This document shows, piece after piece, positions 1 to 11,497 of a stretch of 64,000 nt of DNA. The stretch's first letter is position 1. Each line of letters starts with the position of its first letter. The stretch spans positions 1-64,000 of the forward strand of contig ML978136.1 of the NCBI GenBank assembly GCA_010015805.1, in the 5' to 3' direction. The notes below the pieces were generated by a model. It had not been told where the DNA came from and made no database searches. It worked only from the letters and a program-made list of their open reading frames with translations. The position numbers and the translations under genes are program-made. This DNA is from Rhizodiscina lignyota (taxonomy: Eukaryota).

Positions 1-310
1 GAGTGAAGGAACAGATGGAACAGGCCTGAAGCACACTGTTTAAGGCCTGAATACTTGAAAGGAGCCAAAGCTTTCATAAAAAGTGTTTATTTTAAAGGGA
101 TTATAAGGCATATTGTATGATTAGTCAGGCAGGAACCCCCACGTGGGCCAGAAATGGCCTAAAAGGGCGAATGAAAATCTCTCTCTCTCTCGTCAATTCT
201 CGACTCCTCAAGCTCCCTTCGGTGCACTCCCTAAGCCGGGTGAATACATTCCCGCTGACTACAACGACATAGTCAATCATTGCAAGTATGCCTACTCGAG
301 CGTGCCATCT

Positions 311-1936
311 TCATTGGAGAGTTATCAAAGGGAAGAGCTTGAACCCTCCTGGTACATCATTCTGGAATATCCCTGTCGGATCGTACTGCTTGCTTACGCT
401 CTTCAACATGCTCTGACTTGCTTGGCCGTAGCTCGTTATGACGTCTTGGGTGTAGTTTTCATGTCTCAAGCCATAGTTGAGATACAGGTACTCGTTCCAC
501 ACGCCCATTTCCTTCGCTTTCTGCTTTCCATCTTCGAACAGCTTCCACACGGTGTTGTAGATCCGCGCATCATCTGCACTGCTCCCCCAGAAGACGCCTA
601 AGTTGATGACGACCTAGGAATACGGAAGTTAGCAGTGTCATCCATCTCGTCAGGGCCATGTTCGGCACGACTCACCAAATCCCCGTCTTCTGCATCAAGC
701 CCAAGCGCATCCCCTCCATTCTTCGCGGCATTTTGAATGATTATTTGAGAGAGCGGCTGAAAGTTTAGCGCCAAGAACAAGCCCTCGATGTCGCGAAGCG
801 GCGACAGAGTCTCGTTGCCCATCTGGACAAACGTCTCCATGAATGACTCGTCGTTCTTGTATGTCATCGTTATCCATACGACCCTTACATTGCTTGGCGT
901 CCCTGCCGTTAATTCCTCTGTCAAGTTAAAGTGCGTAGCCTGGCGCACAGTTGACTGGCCAGGGAGTTTCAAGAGAGGTTGGAAAACAGCCGGGTTGTTC
1001 GCGCCAGGTTCCGTATATGCCATGTGGAGTATAAGGAGCCAGCTTCCGTTGACGAGCGCATGACTTTGGAAATGGGATGCGTAAGGATCGTACGTTTTGC
1101 TATCTGCAAATTTGGCAAAGAATGAATTTGCGGTAGGCCGCAGCGATTCGTCTGTGTACAAGAAGCCGCCCCATATTGCGTCTGTTTTGATCAACGGAGT
1201 ATCAATTCTCGTCACGATGCCGAAGTTGTTCGACCCGCCTTTCAACGCGCGGAAGAGTCGACGGTTGGATGTGGCGTTTGCATTCACAATAGCGCCGGAT
1301 GCAAGAACAACTTCAAAGTTTATCACCGCATCACAGACCAAGCCGACGCGCGGGGAGTAGAACGATATACCACCTCCAATAACAAGGCCGCCTACGCCGA
1401 CACTAGCATCTCGACCTCCGGGTATGGTGAAGCCTAGGGCTTGGAGCGTGCTGTAGACACCTCCCCATCGAGCACCTGGGCCAACCAGTGCAGTCGTCCT
1501 ATCCGCCGATATGGTGGTGGAGTTGAGCTTGGAAAGGTCGATTGTAATGCCTTTGTTTATGTTCGCGGCTCCAGCGAAAGGCGTGTGACCACCTGATTTC
1601 ACTGCGAACTCGCATCGTACATGACTGAGGATTTTTACAGCCCTGGATATGTCCGACGAGCTGGATGGTACAACAATGCAAGCTGGATGGAGCGCCTGCT
1701 CTTGGGTCGTCCAATATGAGGCCAAGGAGGCATTATAACCTGCCACATTTGCTCCAAATACTTCGCTCGGGAGAGCTACTGAGAGTGCGGAACACTTGGA
1801 TGTTGTCAGCATGAGACTCCAGCCCCATTTCAGAAACGAAGCGTACACATGATTGCGAATCCCCATATGATTTAGCACTTTCGGCAAAAACAATGAGATT
1901 TACAGCAATGAGAGAAAACCGCGTCGACACTTTCAT
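311..1936 (-). CDS. Secreted FAD-linked oxidoreductase (FAD_binding_4/BBE-like), 3 exons
   Basis: Signal peptide MKVSTRFSLIAVNLIVFA; FAVKSGGH flavinylation motif, VGVGGLVIGGG, ALKGGSNNFGIVT, C-terminal YLYLNY..YDPTGIFQ. Predicted introns ~1846-1795 and 675-614. Confidence 0.9.
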
Positions 1937-3013
1937 TTTTGAAACGAACGAAGAATCTGGATAGTGCTTCTACGGCAGCAAAACCTAACAATATGAAACG
2001 AAATAATTTGAGATACTCCCAGTATGTGTCGGCCTCTTTTCCTTAACTCACCAACGCAGTTTCTTCAGATTACTTTCCCCTCACAATATCCCTGCAGAAT
2101 TCATGCGCGGAAGAGCTCGTCTCCGCGCCAGCTAATATATCATGCGCCAGCATAATGGCTGTACTCTTGCCTTTTCGAGGCCATAAAGACCCGACGTGCC
2201 TTGTGTAGCCTCAGTACGACCGGGTAAGGAGCTATCCGAACAAGACATGCATTAGCGCGGTGGTTGGCCGGCTCCAGGGTGCGATCGTCGATGATTGGTT
2301 GTGGATGACCCGATCCTCAACTTCAGCTGCGGGACTTCGACTTTCAAAGCACCCCGAACGAGAAGGGCTAATAACGACCCAAAGCGACGGCGGGGCTCTA
2401 ATTTCGCGCCTAGCCTTTAGTGCTTGTCTGTCTGCCCAATATTCTAAATTTAATTGGAATAAGCACCAGATTTATGACTTTTGAGACGACTAACGGTTTA
2501 CAGTTTACATACGAGAATCACGGTGAAAAATCTTAGTGGAACGACATCGTAGCAAGCGAGGAGAATTGGAATGGGAAATGGAACTCTCAGTGGTGCTAAC
2601 ATCACTAGAGGACCTAAAAAGTGGAAAAATTCGTGAATTGGGAAATGTTGCACTTGACAGCGACTTGAATATCAACAGTGAAGGTTTCAGAACATCGACG
2701 ATCTTCAAAAACATCAAGGCGATCCAGAAACGATGACGTCCTTTCAGAAAACCCAATACCTCTCAGGAACCTTGACATGTTTCGGGAACGTCGACCACCA
2801 ATTTGTTCACAAGGTATGACAGATGAACAATTGTTCTTGAATCCAACCACCAATGGTAAGCGTACTGGGTAAAACATCATCCTTCTAATATTAAATGCTG
2901 AAGTAGTTATCTCAGAGAATAAAGACTTCAGTTTCGAATCGAAGCTCACCGACAACGCCGCATTCAACCGCTGCCCCACTTTCCTCACTAATCGCGCGTC
3001 ACACCTGAGGTTA

Positions 3014-3803
3014 TTAGCGAACGGTAAACTCCCATGGGAATCTACCGAGAGTTGGATCAAGAGCAATAGAGCTCATCTCGATTGTCACGCGCTCGCAACC
3101 CCCCTTCGAGCCCGTTGTCCATCCGTGATACATTTGGTACAGTCCCTTTTGGCCCTCTTTCTCGAATGGACCACAAGCTTGCCAATAAATAGAGGACTCA
3201 TCTGGCTTCTCGGGATTGAGCACGCCTTTCCGATACGCCAACTGCCAAGTCTTTGCATCCTTGAAGTAAACGAAGAAACTTTGGGATAGTTCGTCATTGT
3301 CTCCAAGCATGAAGGCGTTGTCGGTATCTAATGAGCACAAAGTCAATTTCCACGAGACCTGTGGCACTGTGCACCTAAGGGACCTGATATAAATGACTTT
3401 ACTTACCGGAGACATATGCGTATGGACGATCTTCGCCTCCCAGATACTGCCCCACTACAGAACTGTTGTAGAGCAACAGTTCACGTGGTTCCACTGGTGC
3501 TGCGTAGAAAGGATACGTTCCTTTGTCGAACGTGTCACCCCTCAGGCCCTTGACGAGCGATAGTTCATCAGTCTGCCCAGTTCTCGTGGAATAATAGTGT
3601 TTGGCACTTACGAGTCGCTTTCCGTTCTCAAACACGACCTCAGCTGAGAAAGCAGTTGGAAAGACCGATGAGAACTTGCCAACGTCGAACTTCTCGCTGA
3701 GGAACACATTGGCTGTCTGAGGTGTAGGCTTGAACCCGACTGCTTTGTCCGAAAACAGCAGGGCCGCAGCGAGCAGCACTTCGGTGCCGAAGAAGGCTAG
3801 CAT
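3014..3803 (-). CDS. Orphan secreted protein (~245 aa), 2 exons
   Basis: Hydrophobic N-terminus MLAFFGTEVLLAAALLFSDKAVG; GTAAGT donor near 3406 and CACAG acceptor near 3358 join ORFs 3399-3803 and 3014-3415. Confidence 0.6.
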
Positions 3804-4878
3804 GGTAATGAAGTACCTTTTTGAAAAGGGCGCTCAAAGGCAAAAGGCTCTGTGGTGAAGATGTCAAGGCCAGGAAGGTTCTCTAGAGGCATCTTTATAC
3901 AATTTATCTGATACAGTTTATCATGGCGAGGCCTTTTCCCCATTCTGTCCGTATTTCACTCCCCTACTAATGTAGTGAATGCTCTGCTGATGTCTCATAA
4001 ACGTATTCCAGATGATAGCCTCGGCGGGCTGAATTGTGCCCCAACCAAGGAGAACTGGTTCGCATTCGTACCGGCGAGAAGAAAGGGGGGGGGCCAGACT
4101 GTACATCATGTACCTCTGCACCTCAACTTCGAGCGAGACATGATATTCGGCATACGAACGTACTGAATTTACCTGGGAGAATGAGGCTCTCATTCTTTAT
4201 TCTGGAACTATTCGGCGACTGAGTTGGGAATATGAAATGCAGATGCCGATTTCTTGAAATCTCATTAAGCATAGCAATACGTTTCCAAGCCAATCAAAAA
4301 GGAGAGCCTAGACGGCTCAAAAGGGTAAGCACTTAATCGAAAGCCTTTCGATTACGTCGGAATCTTTCTTGGCCCCGAGATTAATTAGAAAGCCATATTA
4401 GAAATGCGGCCAATGATATATTGAGTTTCTCCATGGCTTCTCCACAATTTGCCCACGGCTTCTGTAGTGGCGCTCAATTCGGCGCTATCAATAATAATAG
4501 CCTTCTATTCAGCTTTAATCATACGCTTTTTCAACTTACATACTGGCAAATGCCGCTTTCAAGTATCAAAATCGACGCCTACCAGCCATTATGGTTGTGC
4601 CCCCCCCTTTTCTTTTCGGCAATCCATTGGCCTCATTCAGTATTTGAGGGGAATTAAATGGCTGCTTATGTGGCTTAGAGTTCATAGTCACAAACTCGTA
4701 TGCACTAGTGTTTCTACGGCTTGACTCACCCGAGTGCCTGAAGAAGTGTCATTCTGAAAGTTTGCCACATTTTTACACTTTTCCCGTACGACGAACTTCA
4801 CACCTTCAAATTTCGGTTGTGTCTGCTTCTCTCGTACTTTCTTTGCCCCTCAAGGCTTTCACAAGGGACTCAGGAGTC

Positions 4879-5817
4879 ATGATTGTCAAGCTCTCTTTGG
4901 TTGCCATTTTTGGGGCGTGTTTGGCGTTCTGGGGAAGTCAGAATGCCATAATGAGCTTGACCCACGCTCTATTGAAACAGTTCGAAGACCTTCACCGCAA
5001 TGAGAAATGCTGCTGACTTATCGAAGAACGGCAGGCTCCACTCATTTGCCATCGTGTCAACATCATCCGTACATGACCAGAATACTCTCCCACAATCCTC
5101 TAAGTATCTACATTGAGGACTTCCTGACAACGGAAGAGAGACTACATCTACAAAATTTGGCGTGCGGACTTTCAATCAAATTACCCGCTCATGACAAGAT
5201 ACTGACGAACATCTTTCAGTGTGCCATTATTCCAAGCATCCACGGTCGGCAATTTTGATACAAAAGGCACGCAGTCGGGGGTGAAAAGCTCCTTCAGGAA
5301 CAGCTCGTCAGCCAAATTACATGAGCACGAGGAGGATCCAGTCATAACCTGCATCAAACAGCGAGCTGCTGCTTTCCAAGGATACATGAGTCCCGACAAC
5401 GTTGAGCCTCTGGTGGTCGTACGCTACCAGCCTGGTCAATTCTACGACTACCATAATGACTGGTTTCCCGTGCCAGCGAGATTCGATGGCCACTACTACA
5501 ACAGAGTTAGCAGCTTCTTCGTCTACTTGGACGACAACTGCGAAGGCGGAGCAACTCATTTCCCCATGTTCCCGAAGGTTGGGTGGGAAGAGGGCGACTC
5601 TCGTCAAACATGGTGCGACCACATAGAATGCGACCCTACTATCAAAGGCGTGGCGGTCAAATCCAAGGCTGGAAATGCTGTGTTCTGGATAAATTTGAAT
5701 GGTGATACTCAGGGCGATAACAGGGCGATTCACTCTGGGCTTCCAGTTAAGAATGGCACGAAGTATGGGTTGAATATATTCTCGCTTAGTATGGTGCCAT
5801 ACATCCCGGAATCTTAA
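4879..5817 (+). CDS. Prolyl 4-hydroxylase alpha-subunit-like 2OG-Fe(II) oxygenase, ~3 exons
   Basis: N-terminal signal/anchor; RILSHNPLSIYIEDFLT, VVRYQPGQFYDYHND (HxD), FFVYL..EGGATHF, HSGLPV..GTKY (distal His and 2OG-binding Lys). Confidence 0.85.
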
Positions 5818-6462
5818 CTTAGATCAGATCGACGAAGTGGAGTTTGACAGACATAGGGAGTGTGGAGTTGTCAACTCAGTTTTATAGCTTTCATGGTCGG
5901 TACTGGACGTTCTTCGTCCAAGTGTTCGTCGCAATAAGGCTGTGTCATCCGTCAATGGACTTAACAACAAATTCATTACTTTGTAGGCTAGTCATTAGGT
6001 AGTCGTGGTGCCGGCTTCAGGGTTGCTCCATCAATATTGGAGGACGATGTTGTAGACGTGATGAAGTGAAGTTGCGGAGAGGAGAAGAGTCAGAGGTGCA
6101 CGGTGTTCTTCAGCTAGAGTATGGCCGACCACACCATCATTCCAAATTTCCAAGTTCCAACCTCAACTCAACAATGGATCCGGCTCAACCCAAGTGTGTC
6201 AATTCCTATGAAATGAAAACCTTTACGGCGATTGTTCGAGAGAGGACTCGGAGAAGATTCACTGCTGCCTCTGGTTCATATATCGGAGCGCCAAATCCCT
6301 AAATTTGAATACCTCCGGCGAAGGATCAGACAACACTGCCTCAACGATGGCTCAACTGGGTTTCAAGTAGGAAGCACGTGGGTGCAGTATCTCAGATAGT
6401 CTTTCTTTTCCTTCTCCGAACATCATCCATGTCACCCACTCTGTGCATAACTCAAGTACTGC

Positions 6463-6899
6463 GATGCTTTTCACAGGGTCTCTCATTGTAGCGGTCGTTC
6501 TCAGCCTCGCCGGGGCGGTCTCATCACGGAAGCGAGACAACCCTCCACTATTCAAGTTCCCTCCGGAGTATCTCCTTGATACTAATAATGCCACTGATCA
6601 TGGATGCATCGTCAATGAGACTCGGCTTGTGCTACAGCTCGACTTCTCCCCATTCGCAGTGAACGAGTCGTGGTTCGGAATACATTCAAGGCTGGTGAGT
6701 TGGGATGTTGAATTACATCCTCTGCTGTTCATTGGATACTGACACTATGAACAAGATATATGATCTCAGCATCGACACCTTCGCTCTCAACCCGAACGAG
6801 AACGATCTGCCACCCGTCGTGTCTGGACTATTCCCGAGCGATACGACGAACATTCTCCTGAATATCACGTTCCTTTTTACGCCCAAAAAGAGCAATTGA
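6463..6899 (+). CDS. Small secreted hypothetical protein, 2 exons
   Basis: Signal peptide MLFTGSLIVAVVLSLAGAVSS followed by RKR; intron GTGAGT (6695)..CTGAC..AAG joins in frame. Confidence 0.5.
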
Positions 6900-7855
6900 T
6901 ATGTTGGAGTCGACACCCATCCACCACACTTGACGAATCATGCTCTTACCTTTGGGTGAAGCCATGTAACCAGTAACTTAAATCTCGCTGGCAGCCACAG
7001 GTTAAGGTTATGGTATGGAATGGAGGCTGATGCACAAGGGAATTCGCTCGCAGTGACGTTGGCCTTTTGCATCTATGAAACCGAATCTAGAGAGAAAGAA
7101 AGCTAGAATAGCACCTTGCCTGCATTTACTACGAGGTATTGGCATCTGGTTACGCCGGTCCCGATAATTGGGCCGTTCCAAGAAATAGGAAGTCGTCAGG
7201 CACTTTCCGTGTTTGCAAAACTGCATAATATCAGCCACGCCATTAACAAGCGAGCGAGAAGGTATCTGCTATATCTTGTTCCTCGCTGTTCGAAACGTCG
7301 ACTATTATAGGCCGAGGTTGTGATGTACCTCTGTAGTCGGGTAATCTTGTTTCGACTTGCGGGCCGCACCCTGTTTTAACCTTGACTCCATTTCCATTCA
7401 ATTGGCAACCTCGGATCGAGACAGTTCATTACGAGCCTTATTAAAGGTTTGGAAGGAAAAGTATCCACCTGCATTCTCCAACCCAGCTTCTTCCCGCCAA
7501 TCATAAATATCGATCGATCTCGTCCGTAGTGGCGAATCCTCCGCACAGCCCATCGCACGCATGGGGCCAAATTGCCCTCCTCGTCCAGCGCTTTCAACCC
7601 CCAATAACCAGAACGCCGATACAGAAATCCCATCACCATGCGGACCGGCGAGCTGAACTTCGGATGGGCGCCTCCCGGGTTGAGAATGGCGCATAGCCGC
7701 AACAGCCTTGCAGTAAACATGCAGATTCGTGGAACTTGATGTTTGTATTAAGAGCCTTGTCGGACGCCGATTCAACATTAGGTAGTCGTTCATTATCTTC
7801 TTCTGTCCTTCTATCATGCTCATTCACATTTCCTTGTCGTCGTTTTAAAGCAAGC

Positions 7856-9818
7856 ATGACTCGAGTGAATTTGTTTCTGTTTTGCGTTTTGTCAGGCTTG
7901 TCTCAGAGTGCTCAAACATGGGCCCAGGATATGGGAGATGAGCTTCGCAATGGATTCATCCGCAGGTTCTATCATGGTTGTCAGTCCTCCAAGCACTAGA
8001 CAATTCCGATATGCAGTTGTTGATCACTTGTCGCATTAGCTTTTATCATCGGCAATGGGCTCTACATCGACGGCGGCGAGTATGTGGTCAAGATCGGCGA
8101 CAAAAATCAACAGGCGGTCTGTGAGTTACTCTAACTTCCAGAATGATAATGAAGATTTATCTATTTATGCTAATCAACGCAGTGAACCAAACAATCGCCA
8201 TCGATCTGAGCCAGTCATTCTCCACCAACGCGTCAAGTAACGGCGGAGACATAGCCATGACCTTCATAGACAAGGGCCAGTGCCCAAACTTCAACGATGT
8301 CGTCTTTTGGGAAGACCCCTCTAATGGAGTTGCGTATGCTTTTGGAGGAGGTCTTAGCCTCGCCCCAAGCGCGGTTGGTGGTAGTCCTCCTTCTGAAGCG
8401 CTATGGAAGTTCACGCAAGATTCGGGCAGCTTGGGAGGATCTTGGAACCAAGTCTTTTCCAGCAGCAACATGGGCTGGCAAAATGTTCGACGATCAACGA
8501 ATGGTCTGTCTGGGAGTGGGGCCAGCGGGGGCTTCTTTCTCGGCGGTTTATACAACAACCTCTCCAGCCCAGAAGCGCAGTCTGATCTAGACTTTCCGTC
8601 GCAAGGGATGGAGATATTCAACTACTCTACCCAGAGCTTGTCGTATCTTCCAGCGTATAACTATTCATCAACGGGGACTGGAGTTGCCGGGGGTCTGGCA
8701 TATGTTCCAACATGGGGATCGGCAGGATTAGTGGTCGCGCTCGGAGGTCAAGTTGCTATCGACGAAAATGCCTGGGACGGTGGATCGTACAGATCTTTGG
8801 GGAACATTTCTGTTTTCGATCCCGCGTCCGGGTCTTGGTATGCTCAGATGGCTTCTGGTGATATTCCGAGCAACCGAAGCAAATTTTGCACTGTCGGCGC
8901 TCGTGGTGGTGACAATAGTACTTACGGTATGCCGAGCTCCTCCCATTACATTTCGACTTGCTGAAGGACACAGAGATCTTCGTATACGGAGGACGATATG
9001 GACCAGATCCGCTTGGTCAGAACCCTGACTCTGACCTGATCGCGGTAAATAAGATGTTGGATGAGGTCTATGTTCTTTCTATACCTGCGTTCCAGTGGTT
9101 CAAGGCAAACTATACATCAGAAGACCTACGTATGCGACACAATTGCCATGCCATCGGCAGACAGATGATAAGCGTCGGGGGCTTCAATCAAGCGCACCCG
9201 GCCATTGACAACGCTCTTCCGATTTACGAGAACAGCACGTATTGGCTCGCGATTAACGATAAAGACAAATATGCACAGGGTATCAAAGTCTTCGACCTCA
9301 CCTCTCTTCAGTGGGCTGACCAGTGGGTTCATACAACACCAAGTTATGACTTGCCAACAGTAGTACAGCAGTTCTACTCCAACCGTAAGAGCAAGTACCC
9401 CGACTCGTGGTCCGATTCAAAACTACAATCAATCTTCGAGAAGACTAGCACCAAAACGTCAACTTCGCCATCACCGTCACCATCCGGTAAAGGCAAGGAC
9501 TCAGGCTCTCACGATCACGCAGGCTTAATCGCCGGATGCATAGTTGGTGGTGTCTTGATTCTCGCTCTCATTGTCGCAATCACTTGGTGTATCTCGGGTC
9601 GCAGAACGCCCACCGGCCAGGGCTTTTTCCGCACGTCTGATGCTGTCGGTATATCAAGACATGTTGCGTACAACCATGGCGGCCAACCCTCTACGGAGCT
9701 TGAGGGATTAGATCGTACGATCCATGAAGTGGACGTACCACCTGCGGAACTGGGCTCAAAAGTTGAGCTAAGGCATGAGCTTCCGAGGACTGAGCTTCCT
9801 AGAGAGCTGCCTGGTTGA
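7856..9818 (+). CDS. Kelch/galactose-oxidase-propeller single-pass membrane protein, ~4 exons
   Basis: Signal peptide; LYIDGGE, YAFGG, FFLGG, VALGG, FVYGG, ISVGG kelch blades; S/T/P linker; TM helix GLIAGCIVGGVLILALIVAITWCI; tail with repeated EL(P/G) motifs. Confidence 0.85.
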
Positions 9819-10031
9819 GGTAGTATGTGTGCATGGTAGATGTGATGAAGTTTGGAACTTATCCAAATGTATATTAATTCAGTCTAATGCAATACATATT
9901 GAATGCCTAACGATCGTCGACCAGCGTTACGGCGCTCTTTCATTCTTTCATATCTCGTGAATTATGTCCCTTACTCACACTCTTGCCATACCAGTACCTT
10001 GCGTATATGACCAACATCCAATTTCCTCTCC

Positions 10032-10994
10032 CTATACACGAGCTTCTTCACTACTTCCTCCATTCCCGCTGACAGCGGCAACGAACTCTCTGTATCGAAA
10101 GACTTCTTCTCTTCCGCCGCTACCCCCGCCTTTGGCCAATTGCGACTTGCCAAACGCCCTCCTACCACTGAACCCTTCCACCACACTGTCAATCTCCCTC
10201 TCACTCAACCTCTCTTCTCCGGGCTCAGGTGCAGTATGCACAAGGGCGTCGCGCAGCTCATCGATCGCAATCTGACCACTATCGTCATTGTCAAATGCCG
10301 AAAATGCGGCAAGTAGCTCAGTTGGGTCGCTCAAAGGCGCAAGACTCGATGCCAGGCTGTTCAGGTATGTTGCGAGGTTGATACCTCCACCAGACGTCGA
10401 AGTTATGCCGCCCGTGGACGAGGGGAAGAAAGCTGCGAGCGAAGAGGGTGCAGAGTCGAGTCCGAGTTGGTTCAGCATATCAGAGACATCTGCTGGCGTG
10501 ACTGTGCCCGTGTTGCTGCGGTCCAGCACAGCGAAAGATTCGCGCATTGTGTGGAGCTGTTGCGGTGGGATGCGGGACAGTGGGTCGCCGGTGCGAGGTT
10601 TGCTCGAGCTGGTTGAGTTCTGCATTCTCGCGGGAGTGATTGTTGCTGCTGTGGATGTAGAAGGTCGAGATTTCATGCTTGGTCTTGCTGGAGAGGAGGA
10701 CATGTCGTCTGTCAGCGTGCGAGAGACGGAGGTTGATTGTCGAGTTGGGGAGGTTTGTATGGTGGAAGCAGGCGCAGAGGGCTTGAGAGGGGACGAGTTC
10801 GTTGGCGTAGTTGCTCGTATGGTTGATGGTGAACGCGTCATAGGAGACTCGGGTCGCCTGAAGGGAGAGGATCGCGGAGAGTTGAAGGTCAGAGGCCCGG
10901 GTCGGAGGGGAGAGTTTGGCTGAGACTTGGGGTATTGTTAGTCGAAATAACGCGAACGGCTTGGTTTTCCTTCAGCAAGGAATAGATATACCAT
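10032..10994 (-). CDS. EF-hand protein, myosin regulatory light chain/calmodulin-like, with S/P-rich N-terminus
   Basis: MRESFAVLDRSNTGTV and AFSAFDNDDSGQIAIDEL EF-hands. Exon 1 appears to be the ATG alone (10992-10994), intron GTATAT..CTAAC..AAG (10991-10926), exon 2 in frame. Confidence 0.8.
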
Positions 10995-11497
10995 GGTTGC
11001 TTCCTTGCTCGACGTTCCGGAGTCGGGATTGGGGTTGGTAGTACTAATTATCGCGCGGTGTCATGGTGGAGCAGAAGAGTAAACAAGACGGACAACAACG
11101 GCTAGCCGTGCTGGGACTAGCGGGCGCGAGGTGGATGTGGATGTTCTGCAGGAGCGACCCCTGGACCCTGATTTTGGACTTTGAGCAGGAGACAGGGATG
11201 CGTTTCAGCCTCAACCTCCACAGAAGGTCTGCTCGTGTGCAGCCAAGCCTCTGTGTGAGGATATATCAAGACACTCATCCTTCACATGTCTTGTTCTATT
11301 CCCTGTCCTCCCTGTTAATCCGCCGTCACGCCGTGTGCCTCGAGCAAGGCCGGCCCTTCTGCCCCGAGCACTAGTTTGGCCTTTAACCGCCTAGATCTAC
11401 GTACTGCAGCAGCTTCTGCACGCCGTTTTCTTGGGACCGTCGCCCTTGCTTCTGCTGATTCAAGGGCAGCTGGAGCTGAAGCTGCTACAGAAGCATC

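Noticed and set aside
1..170. AT-rich, CpG-poor window start suggesting a RIP-mutated transposon end
   Set aside because: Too short and truncated; no TIR partner or coding remnant visible.
2505..3000. Overlapping short ORFs downstream of the orphan secreted gene
   Set aside because: No recognisable motif or consistent splice structure.
4421..4657. Short ORF with GAQFGAINNN, resembling an amyloid signalling motif
   Set aside because: Lies in AT-rich intergenic DNA with no attached domain or adjacent NLR; likely chance.
8045..8060. ATCATCGGCAATGGGCTC-like match shared with the last ~18 bases of the window
   Set aside because: Short match inside two unrelated coding regions on opposite strands; no flanking similarity.
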